From a virus (taxonomy: Duplodnaviria; Caudoviricetes), in IMG/VR virus record IMGVR_UViG_3300036985_004314, positions 1-37,211 of that record: a DNA stretch of 37,211 bases, one strand, 5' to 3'. Every line of letters begins with the position of its first letter. Within the stretch, counting starts at the first letter, position 1. Shown one piece after another: positions 1 to 8,637 of this stretch. The position numbers were made by a program, and so were the translations under genes. Below the pieces are notes generated by a model. That model did no database searches. It worked only from the letters and a program-made list of their open reading frames with translations, and had not been told where the DNA came from.

Positions 1-127
1 AACTTCCAAGATAGCAAGGCCATGAGCGAAGAGCTGGCCAGCCGCGTTGGTCTGGCAACCACGATGCGCGACTCGTATTTCGCTAACAGGGAAATGAAGC
101 TGCTCACGAACAACGAGGCCGAGGCGC
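1..127. repeat. Terminal direct repeat, copy 1 (assembly overlap indicating a circular or circularly permuted genome)
   Basis: 1-127 is identical to 37085-37211 and lies inside a continuous reading frame. Confidence 0.97.
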
Positions 128-978
128 TTGGCACGATGTTTAACGGGCAAGCCGTTTCTGGCCAGAAGCAACTTTTGCAGGTCCTGCGCTCGTCGGTGCA
201 GGATGACAATGCCTTCCACGCAATCCTGCAGCAGATTCGCCCAAACAGCCCGGCTACCGAAGTTGCTGGGCGTTTCATGGTCATGAACGACCCCAAGCGC
301 GTTGGTGGCGCGTGGTGGTGGAGTGACGAACGCCAGTACAAGCCTGCAGACGTTGCCGGCACCATCCTTGAAGGTGAGCGCCTGCTCAACCCCATAAAGG
401 CCGACAAGGCCGACAATGGCAAGGGCGGATTCCCGATGCCAAGCGATACCGAACTGCGTGCTGATTTTTCGGACGCTGTTGGTGCCGCGTTTGGCAGCAA
501 CGCTGATGGAGCAAATTCTGCGTATCAGGCCTACAAGGCATACTACGCTGGACGCGCTGCTCGTGACGGAGAATACAGCGGACTAATTTCAAACAAGATT
601 TCAAAAGAAGCGCTGGCTGCCGTGTTGCCCGGCGTGTCGGATGTCAACGGCAAAGGCGAAGTGTTTCGGCCCTACGCAATGGGCGAAGATACTTTTGAAA
701 ACACTCTGCAAGAAGGGTACGGAGCGTTCATGCAGCAACAAGGTTTGGCCGGAACCCAGATTGATAATTTTAACGCATGGAAAGTAATGGCACTTCCAAA
801 TAATCGCTATGCATTTCTTGCTGGTGATTTCTTGCGATACGTGTCTGGCCCCAACAAGGGGCAGGCTTACATCGTTGATATGAGCGTAGCTCCCTCGTCT
901 GCCGGCCGCATCAACCGTGCGCCTGCTGTTGCTCCAGCTGCGCCAGCCGCGCCATCTACTGTGAGGGTGGCTAAGTGA
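1..978 (+). CDS. C-terminal part of the internal virion/ejection protein with lytic transglycosylase that starts at 35486 and wraps the contig end
   Basis: ATG 22 corresponds to ATG 37106, which is in frame with ATG 35486 (1620 nt apart); stop at 976-978. Confidence 0.9.
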   Translation, partial: NFQDSKAMSEELASRVGLATTMRDSYFANREMKLLTNNEAEALGTMFNGQAVSGQKQLLQVLRSSVQDDNAFHAILQQIRPNSPATEVAGRFMVMNDPKRVGGAWWWSDERQYKPADVAGTILEGERLLNPIKADKADNGKGGFPMPSDTELRADFSDAVGAAFGSNADGANSAYQAYKAYYAGRAARDGEYSGLISNKISKEALAAVLPGVSDVNGKGEVFRPYAMGEDTFENTLQEGYGAFMQQQGLAGTQIDNFNAWKVMALPNNRYAFLAGDFLRYVSGPNKGQAYIVDMSVAPSSAGRINRAPAVAPAAPAAPSTVRVAK

Positions 979-3900
979 GTTCGCTCTATGGCATGTCGGC
1001 AGAAGCCGAAGACGAATTGCTTAATCAGCCGCGGGGTGAACTAGACCTCAATCAATTTAAGCCAAACTGGTACGGCGGATTAGCGACTGCTCCGTTCACT
1101 GGTGTTGGTGCGATTGTAAGCGACATAACCCTTCCTATTGGTGATGCTTATGCATCAACGGTGGTGCGTCCGTTTTATCAAACGGTAGATGCCGTGCTTG
1201 GCACAGAGTACGCAGGGCCGGTTACGCAGAACACGCGCCGCATGGCGTTGGAATTCAGCAAGCTTACTTCGCCTGACCCAACTACTTCAGGTGCTCTGGC
1301 GCAGGTCATTCATTCGCTGGTAAACGTAGTTCCAGAAGTAATGCTTGGCGGCCCTGCAGTGGCTGCGTCTTTGCAGGGCTACAAGGCTACGCGCATGAGC
1401 GCAGACCAAGGCTTGAGCGAACCTGTTGCGCTGGGCCTTGGCGCAATCACCGGAGCCACTACGTGGGCCGGCATGAAAATTCCAAACGTGCTGGCTCCCA
1501 AGCTAAGCACAAGCGTTAACGCGGCGCTGTCAGCGTCCGCAAACGCGGGCGTTGGAGTTGTTCAGCGTGGAACAATTGGCGAGTATTTGCGGGCCACCGG
1601 CTATCCCGAGATGGCCGAACAGTACAAGGCCATGGACACCACGTCCGTTGTAACGGACCTCATTCTTGGTGCGGCCTTTGGCGGCTATGAGTCTTACCAG
1701 AACCACAAGGTACAGGCGCAACGTCAGGCCCTTATCGACGCGGCCATGACGGCCATGCATGACCGCCACCGCACGCTTGAGACCGCGCCGGGCATCCCGC
1801 TTGACCCGGCAACCCGGCAGGTTCACGCGGACTACATGGCACGCCTGATGGAGGCCGAGCTTAACGGCGAAGAGCCGCCGCCGGTTCCGCCCGAGCTAGT
1901 GGGCGACGGGTTCCTCGCTGACCCCGACATCACCGCCGCTCGCGACGAGATTGGCGTAGCCGTGCGCCGGCACCTTGGAGAACTTGGCGAGATTGAAACC
2001 GAGCTTGCTGCTCGCGGCTTGCCGACTGACCCTGAGCTTTACAGCGTCACGCCCAACAACCGTTCCGTGCTGGACCGCGACCCCATCATGCAGGACGCCG
2101 CCCAGCGGCTGAAGGCCGGCGAGATTACCGGCTCTGAGTACCGTCGCATTGCCGACGAGCGCAAACCGGTGCTGCCGTATGAGAAGGTGCCAGAGCCTGC
2201 AACTACCGCAGACCTGCAGCGCGGCCTGACAATTGACAAGCAGCCGCGTATTAACGTGCCAGATACCCTAGAAGAGGGACATCCGGTTGGGTTGCGGCTA
2301 GACATTCCGGCCTACACAAATCACGGAGTGTGGGTTGTCTCGGTCCATGAAAAGCAGTCTGGCTGGAATGCGGGTCCGTCAATTGGCTACACGCCGGCTG
2401 CTGCCGCCACGAATGTAACGCTTGGGGTTCGAGACACCGGAGCCATGCATACGGCGACTGGCGGACAGAAGGCACCCTTTGCCGTGATGAAGGGTAGCTG
2501 GAAACCCATAACGCCGGCACAGGCCAAGGCCCTTGCTAAGCGTGCGCTGAAAGACCCGGCATGGCGACAGATTGGCATGGACCCCACGCGGCGTGCGTTC
2601 TTCTATGACCGCAAGACCATGCAGCCTATCGTGGCCGCCGACGAAGTAGTGCAAATTGGCCCGCTCGTGCTTGGCAAGAACGTGACCTACGGCAAGGCTG
2701 ATGACCATGTTTTTAGCATCGTGGGCGAGCCGGCTGCCCGCATCGCTGCCCGCGTTGCAGAACGCCCGCCTGTTCGTTTTACTGACCGCGTGCGTGGTTT
2801 GCTGGACCGCTGGAAAGAAGATGGCGACACCCGCAAGTTGCTCGACGAGCTTGTGCGCCTTGACGCAGACCTAGAAACCCGCGTTGCAAGCAACGAGGCC
2901 AAGCGCAACGCTGAACCCGTGCGCGGCGAACTGTGGGTGCGCGAGCGCTTTATGCGTGCTGAGCGCAACGGCGAGATATCGCCTGCTGCTCACAACCTTG
3001 TGAAGTGGTTGCTTAACAAAAACCCGGCGCTGGTAACTGACCTTGCCTTGTCATTCAGAACCAAGGGCGGAGACGCCGGAAGCTACAACCCGGCCAAACG
3101 CCTTGCCACCATCTTTAGCACTCGCGCCAATGAGTTGACCGCGGTGCACGAGGTGCTGCACCACATTGAGCGCATGCTTCCGGAAAAGGTGCGCGGCGCT
3201 ATCCGTCAAGCGTGGCTCAAGGACTTGCAGTCTCAATACGACCTTGCAAGCGAGGCCGGTGACGCCCTTAAGGTCAATGCAATTGATGACGCGCTTCGCG
3301 CTGCTGCTGGTGACCGCCAAGCATTTGACCGGGTTGCCAATCAGATTCGCAAGGGCGAACTGCCTGCCGACTTCTACCAGAACATGAACCCTAGCGAGTA
3401 CTGGGCCGAGAACGCTAGCCGCCTTGTGCAGCAACGTGCCGGCCGTGACGGCTGGGTGGCTGAGCTTAAGCAGTGGATGACCGAGTTCCTGCAGAAGGTG
3501 CAGGAGTTCTTTGGCGTCAGCAACAAGGCCGCTATCATTCGTGGTCTTAAAGCTGCTATTGAATCTGACGGCGCTATTCGTGGCCGCATGTTGTCTGCGC
3601 TTGGCGATGACTTCAAGCAAAACGCCATGCCGTTTGACGGAAAGGAAGTTGCTCGGACTCCGCTGGCTGATGGCACTACGCGCATCATAGTTGATGGCGT
3701 TGAGCGTTCTGCGCTAAACAGCGATGGCCGACCAATTCATTGGAGCGAGGAAGGCACCCGCAACTTCTGGCGCTGGTTTGGCAACAGCAAGGTGGTGGAC
3801 GCCGAAGGTCGCCCGCGTGTCATGTACCACGGCAGCGACGCCAAAGACTTTGCGTCATTTAACAAGGGCTCGTACTTTTCGTCTTCGGCTGAAGAAGCCG

Positions 3901-6900
3901 GCGCTTATGCATTCCCGTATGATTTTATGCGGCGCGAAAAAGGCCTAAAAAAGTACACGCTTGTAGAAGGACCGGCCTCGCTTATTGGCACCAAGGTTCA
4001 GTACGCTGGTATTCTTGATGACGCCATAGAATACTTCAAACCAAAAAACGGTGACGTTGTAGCAACCGACAACGGCGTCTACCGCAAGAACGGAAAGAAC
4101 TGGGACGCTTTTACAAACATTGACGTTGAATACGGCAGTGGAGATTTCAGCAACGGCGAAACCTTTATTACGCTAAAAGCCGGAGACGGAGCTGCTGCAA
4201 AAGAACACGTTGATTACTATGTTAACTTTGTCACCAAGAAATACACCGGCGGAGTTGGTGGCCGCGTTGTTGCTGCGTATTTAAAGCTGGACAACCCCGC
4301 AGAGGTAGAGCCGTTTAAAGCAAACCTTCTTGGCTTTCGTCTAGGCGCAACTGAAGAAAGTGTAAAGGCTGAAATACAAAAGCAAAAAGACAAGGGCTAT
4401 GACGGCATTGTCACGCAAAGCGACGAGGCCACCGCCATCTTTGAAGTTGCCGAAGACCTTGGTGGCATTCCTGACCAATACGTTATTTTTGATGGCAAGC
4501 AGGCAAAGTCAGCCGTTGGCAACCGCGGCTCGTTTGATGCAGCCAATCCTGACATGTTGCTGCAGCCGGCATGGCACGGCAGCCCGCATCGCTTCCAACG
4601 CTTTAGCTTGGACTTCATGGGCACCGGCGAAGGCGAGCAGGCGTTTGGTTGGGGCTTGTACTTTGCAGAAAAGCGAGCAACTGGCGAGTACTATCGTGAA
4701 ACGCTTGGAGGAAAGGGCCTTTTATTTGACGGCCAAGAATACGACCCTGCTAACGCATCGCATATTGCGGCAAACCAGATGCGTACTTTTAAAAACAGCC
4801 GCAGAAATGCGGTTCGTTATCTTGAAAAAATCATTGACATAGCAAGAACTCAAGAACGAAAAAACATCTATCAACAAGCTATTGACATCATAGAAAGTGC
4901 CGATACGTTTGTTAAAATTACAGAACAACAAGGCCAGCTTTACGGCGTTGACATTCCTGACAATGCTGTAAACCGCATGCTGTTGTGGGACAAGCTGTTT
5001 GATGAGCAGCCCGAGGGCGTGCGCTTAGCCTTGGAAGGAATAATTGAAGAGGTTCGTGGCGCTGACGTTTACGGCATGCCGTTTGCAAACCCAAAGGCCG
5101 GCATTGGCCGGTACTTTTACGCGGCTCTTCAATCTAAGCTTGGAAGTCACAAGGCAGCATCTCAATACCTTGCTGAGATTGGCATTCCCGGCAACAAATA
5201 TCTTGACGGTTTTTCTCGCGCAGAAGGCGAAGGCACGTATAATTACGTGCTCTGGGACGAAGCCGTCATCAACGAGATGAACGACACCGTCGAAACGCAC
5301 TACAGCGTTGTGCCAGATAAGGAGAGTGGAAGTGACTTACGACCCGAACGCTCCGGAGACGGAGGAAGACAGTATTCGAGCCGAGGCCTTGCGCCGCTTG
5401 ATGGTGCGCCGCAGGTTCGGGGGGCAACCGGTCCAATCCCCAAGCTCGTCTCCGTCGCAGAACGATTTGCCGCAGCAAACCGAATCCTACTCCGCCGACA
5501 AGCCGAGTATGTAATTGTAGACGAAGCGTTTGCTCGTCGGCTTGCTAAAGCATACGAAGACATGCCGCACGCGCCGAATGACCCGGTAGTGCGCGAAGCT
5601 TACGAAAACCTTGCGCGTCAGACCACGGCGCAGTATCGCGCTCTTGAAGAGGCCGGCTATAAGTTCTGGTTCTTTGACGAGACCAACGACCCGTATGGCG
5701 GCAACCCCATGAATGCCATGCGGGACTTGCGTCAAAACGAAAGAATGGCGGTGTTCTCCACCAAGGCCGGCTTTGGTACAGGCAATGAATTTGACCCAAC
5801 CGGAAATCCCTTGCTTGCCGAAACCGGCATCATGTGGCCAAACGGCAGCCCTGATGGCCCGCTTGTTCCGGTGCTTGCCAACGACTTGTTCCGCGCCGTG
5901 CATGATGCCTTTGGCCACGGGCTTGAGGGCGCAGGCTTCCGTGCGCAGGGCGAAGAGAATGCATGGCAGGCTCACGCTCGCCTGTTTACTGGCAGCGCCG
6001 TGGGTGCCATCACCTCAGAGACTCGCGGCCAAAATAGCTGGCTGAACTACGGGCCTTATGGCGAAGCAAACCGCGCCGCTAAAATTGAAGACACCGTATT
6101 TGGCGACCAGAAAACCGGCCTGATGCCAGAGTGGACGTGGACGGAGAACGTGGCCGGCGACATGACGCCAGAGCCTGAGCTGCTATCTGTCCTGCCAGAG
6201 CCGCCGCAGACCGCGGTAAGCCGGTTGCTGCGTCGTTCCGCAGAAAGCGAGAACCGCACGGGCATCGTAATTGGCGGCAGGCCGGGCGAGTTTGGCTGGT
6301 CATTCACGAATCGCGATGCGGTTCCGTCTCCCATCCAACACCCGGTGGTTCGTGGCCCGCGTTTAGAAAAGATTGCGCCGCTGGTTCACGGCATCTTGTC
6401 TTCGCAGGGTTTAAAAAAGCTAGCAAAAGACTTGTTTGGTATCAGTGACCTGACTGTTCGCCAGATTGAAGGCACGTGGAAAGGGGCCGCGGAGCCGTCC
6501 TACGTGCTTCATTCGAAAACCATGACTGACGCGCAGGCCAACAAGCTTGGCCGCCTGCTGGGCTTTGCTTTTTCTCAAGACTCGGTAATTGTCACCAAGC
6601 ACTCGCCTGACCTTGCCGAAGGTCGCTCGACCCTGTACCTCGGCACTGGAAAAAAGCTGACCTCTGAGCAGGTCAATGTCATAATGAAAGCCGCTCGAGA
6701 GCGCAAACTTGACCTGTCCACGTCGGCAGATGGCACCGCCGTAAAGTTTATGCATTTTGGCGAAGAAGCCGACCTTGCCGAATTCATGGACAAGGTTGGG
6801 GAAATTGCAGAGGTTGCCGGGACTAAGCCCCCGGTGCACGTAAGAACGCAAGGAGACCAGCACAATGCCGCGCAATATCTCGATGGAGAAAGCGGAGCAG

Positions 6901-8636
6901 ATGGCACGGGACAGGGGCTTCTCGGTAGCGAGCAAGACCGACCCACTGTACTCGGAAGGATATTCGATAACCTTGTCATCCCGTACGCCAAGGCAGTCGG
7001 CGCAGAAGGATATCGTCTCTCTCCCCAGCTTTTCGGAAAGCGATTTGGACTCAGCAAAGCCGAAACTCAACTTCTTGCAGAACGACTGATACCGCAAGAC
7101 GGAGCGTCTCGCTCTACTGTTGACCTGATGTCCGGCAAAGAAAAGCTGGAGGTCCTGAACACTGGGCAAAAAGGCAAGCCCAACATCACCGACGTTATGT
7201 GGGCCCTGCAGAATCGCGCTGCTAAGTTTGGCTTGATTATGCCGGGCGATTATTCGCCCAAGGCCATGAAGGCTATCGGCAGCGCTATCGTTGATGAAGT
7301 TGCGTACCACGTAAAGAACTCGCTGAAGTCAGCCATTGGCTGGTATGACGCTGCTCTGAAAAACGCAAAGACTGAGTACGACAAAATTCTCCCTGAGATT
7401 CAGCGTGACCCCAACAAGGGCATGTTGTTTGATGCGCTGCTTGGCATCACCTCTCAGGGCAATAACGTATTTGACAATTCCATCTTTGCGGTTCGCATTT
7501 TTGAATTGGTAAGGGACGGCGCGTACACCATCAGCGAGGCCGTCAAGATTCTGGCCAGCACGTTTGGCGACAAGACCGGGCAGATTGAAGCTAACGTCTT
7601 GAAGCTGGAGCACTTGCTCAACGTCAACGGCTATGACCGCATGCGCTCGCTGTTCAATACCACAATGACGGTAAGCGAATGGAACGCTAAGCTTCGTCGC
7701 GACCCAACTTTGTTTGGGCTTGATGGCAAAGCATTGAAGGTTAAAGGACAAGCCCAGCAGAAGGTAACTGGGTGGATGGTGTTTGGCCCGAAGATTGGCT
7801 CGTTCATCAACAACCTGCACGGCGACTACTCCACCTTGACGGCGGACCTTTGGTTCAGCCGCACATGGAATCGCCTGTTAGGCTTTATGTTTACGCACGA
7901 GCCCATGCTTGAGGCCAAACAGTATCAGGAGTTTAAGGACGCAATGCAGGCGGAGTACTACCGCAGCACTGATGCCAAGACTCAGAACGGCAAGCCCGTG
8001 ATGAAGAAAGGCAAGCCGGAACCGTGGCTAAATGGCGAAGACATTACGCACCTGACGCCTGAAGAATTCAGCGCGTTGCTCAACGAGCCAGAGCAATTGC
8101 TTGAGCTTGCTCGTCAACTTGAATCCACGTATCGCAATACCGGATACAAGCAAAAGACGGACTTGCGCCGGCGCGCCAAGAACTGGATTGAAAGCCGCGA
8201 GAACGTGCAGGAACTTCCTCGCACTGGACGCGAGCGTGCATTCCAGCAAAAGACCGTAGAGTGGGCTCAGAAACAATTGCGCAAGATGGGCCTTGATATC
8301 ACGGTGGCTGACATTCAAGCCGCACTGTGGTTCCACGAAAAAGAACTGTTTGACAAGATGGGCGTGGCAAGCAAGAAGGCCAAGCCGGCTGACTACGCTG
8401 ACGCTGCTCGCGAGACTGTCAAGAAGTACATTCGGGGCGAACTGTTCTGGGTGGAAAGCAAGAAGCAATTTATCGGCGGTCTTGACGGCAAGTACCTTGG
8501 CACTCGCGTGCCAGACGAGAATGGTCGCCTTGTGGTTGCCGGCAAAATGATTGAAGCTGCCGATGCTGAAGTGAAGACTGCAGAGCAGGAATCACCTAAG
8601 TTTGAAGAAGCCGTCAAATGCGAATTAAGGGGTTGA
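975..8636 (+). CDS. Giant polyvalent internal virion (ejection) protein, 2553 aa, with multiple enzyme-like domains
   Basis: Sits between two ejection proteins; Ala/Gly-rich hydrophobic N-terminus; motifs HEVLH...SEYWAE, WFGNSK...YHGS...SYFS, AWHGS...GTGEGEQAFGWGLYF, AVHDAFGHG, GTWKGAAEPS...QDSV, GPKIGSFINNL...TADLW...QAALW. Confidence 0.85.
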   Translation: MSSLYGMSAEAEDELLNQPRGELDLNQFKPNWYGGLATAPFTGVGAIVSDITLPIGDAYASTVVRPFYQTVDAVLGTEYAGPVTQNTRRMALEFSKLTSPDPTTSGALAQVIHSLVNVVPEVMLGGPAVAASLQGYKATRMSADQGLSEPVALGLGAITGATTWAGMKIPNVLAPKLSTSVNAALSASANAGVGVVQRGTIGEYLRATGYPEMAEQYKAMDTTSVVTDLILGAAFGGYESYQNHKVQAQRQALIDAAMTAMHDRHRTLETAPGIPLDPATRQVHADYMARLMEAELNGEEPPPVPPELVGDGFLADPDITAARDEIGVAVRRHLGELGEIETELAARGLPTDPELYSVTPNNRSVLDRDPIMQDAAQRLKAGEITGSEYRRIADERKPVLPYEKVPEPATTADLQRGLTIDKQPRINVPDTLEEGHPVGLRLDIPAYTNHGVWVVSVHEKQSGWNAGPSIGYTPAAAATNVTLGVRDTGAMHTATGGQKAPFAVMKGSWKPITPAQAKALAKRALKDPAWRQIGMDPTRRAFFYDRKTMQPIVAADEVVQIGPLVLGKNVTYGKADDHVFSIVGEPAARIAARVAERPPVRFTDRVRGLLDRWKEDGDTRKLLDELVRLDADLETRVASNEAKRNAEPVRGELWVRERFMRAERNGEISPAAHNLVKWLLNKNPALVTDLALSFRTKGGDAGSYNPAKRLATIFSTRANELTAVHEVLHHIERMLPEKVRGAIRQAWLKDLQSQYDLASEAGDALKVNAIDDALRAAAGDRQAFDRVANQIRKGELPADFYQNMNPSEYWAENASRLVQQRAGRDGWVAELKQWMTEFLQKVQEFFGVSNKAAIIRGLKAAIESDGAIRGRMLSALGDDFKQNAMPFDGKEVARTPLADGTTRIIVDGVERSALNSDGRPIHWSEEGTRNFWRWFGNSKVVDAEGRPRVMYHGSDAKDFASFNKGSYFSSSAEEAGAYAFPYDFMRREKGLKKYTLVEGPASLIGTKVQYAGILDDAIEYFKPKNGDVVATDNGVYRKNGKNWDAFTNIDVEYGSGDFSNGETFITLKAGDGAAAKEHVDYYVNFVTKKYTGGVGGRVVAAYLKLDNPAEVEPFKANLLGFRLGATEESVKAEIQKQKDKGYDGIVTQSDEATAIFEVAEDLGGIPDQYVIFDGKQAKSAVGNRGSFDAANPDMLLQPAWHGSPHRFQRFSLDFMGTGEGEQAFGWGLYFAEKRATGEYYRETLGGKGLLFDGQEYDPANASHIAANQMRTFKNSRRNAVRYLEKIIDIARTQERKNIYQQAIDIIESADTFVKITEQQGQLYGVDIPDNAVNRMLLWDKLFDEQPEGVRLALEGIIEEVRGADVYGMPFANPKAGIGRYFYAALQSKLGSHKAASQYLAEIGIPGNKYLDGFSRAEGEGTYNYVLWDEAVINEMNDTVETHYSVVPDKESGSDLRPERSGDGGRQYSSRGLAPLDGAPQVRGATGPIPKLVSVAERFAAANRILLRRQAEYVIVDEAFARRLAKAYEDMPHAPNDPVVREAYENLARQTTAQYRALEEAGYKFWFFDETNDPYGGNPMNAMRDLRQNERMAVFSTKAGFGTGNEFDPTGNPLLAETGIMWPNGSPDGPLVPVLANDLFRAVHDAFGHGLEGAGFRAQGEENAWQAHARLFTGSAVGAITSETRGQNSWLNYGPYGEANRAAKIEDTVFGDQKTGLMPEWTWTENVAGDMTPEPELLSVLPEPPQTAVSRLLRRSAESENRTGIVIGGRPGEFGWSFTNRDAVPSPIQHPVVRGPRLEKIAPLVHGILSSQGLKKLAKDLFGISDLTVRQIEGTWKGAAEPSYVLHSKTMTDAQANKLGRLLGFAFSQDSVIVTKHSPDLAEGRSTLYLGTGKKLTSEQVNVIMKAARERKLDLSTSADGTAVKFMHFGEEADLAEFMDKVGEIAEVAGTKPPVHVRTQGDQHNAAQYLDGESGADGTGQGLLGSEQDRPTVLGRIFDNLVIPYAKAVGAEGYRLSPQLFGKRFGLSKAETQLLAERLIPQDGASRSTVDLMSGKEKLEVLNTGQKGKPNITDVMWALQNRAAKFGLIMPGDYSPKAMKAIGSAIVDEVAYHVKNSLKSAIGWYDAALKNAKTEYDKILPEIQRDPNKGMLFDALLGITSQGNNVFDNSIFAVRIFELVRDGAYTISEAVKILASTFGDKTGQIEANVLKLEHLLNVNGYDRMRSLFNTTMTVSEWNAKLRRDPTLFGLDGKALKVKGQAQQKVTGWMVFGPKIGSFINNLHGDYSTLTADLWFSRTWNRLLGFMFTHEPMLEAKQYQEFKDAMQAEYYRSTDAKTQNGKPVMKKGKPEPWLNGEDITHLTPEEFSALLNEPEQLLELARQLESTYRNTGYKQKTDLRRRAKNWIESRENVQELPRTGRERAFQQKTVEWAQKQLRKMGLDITVADIQAALWFHEKELFDKMGVASKKAKPADYADAARETVKKYIRGELFWVESKKQFIGGLDGKYLGTRVPDENGRLVVAGKMIEAADAEVKTAEQESPKFEEAVKCELRG

Positions 8637-8637
8637 C

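Noticed and set aside
1-127. 127-nt terminal repeat as a biological DTR
   Set aside because: It falls mid-gene and its length equals a common assembler k-mer, so it is more likely an assembly overlap
6420-7310. Long antisense ORFs (also 16893-17669, 18731-19774, 24688-25506, 27288-28229, 31529-32599, 33254-34144)
   Set aside because: They shadow well-supported genes on the other strand, lack RBS and recognisable motifs, and are expected in GC-rich coding DNA
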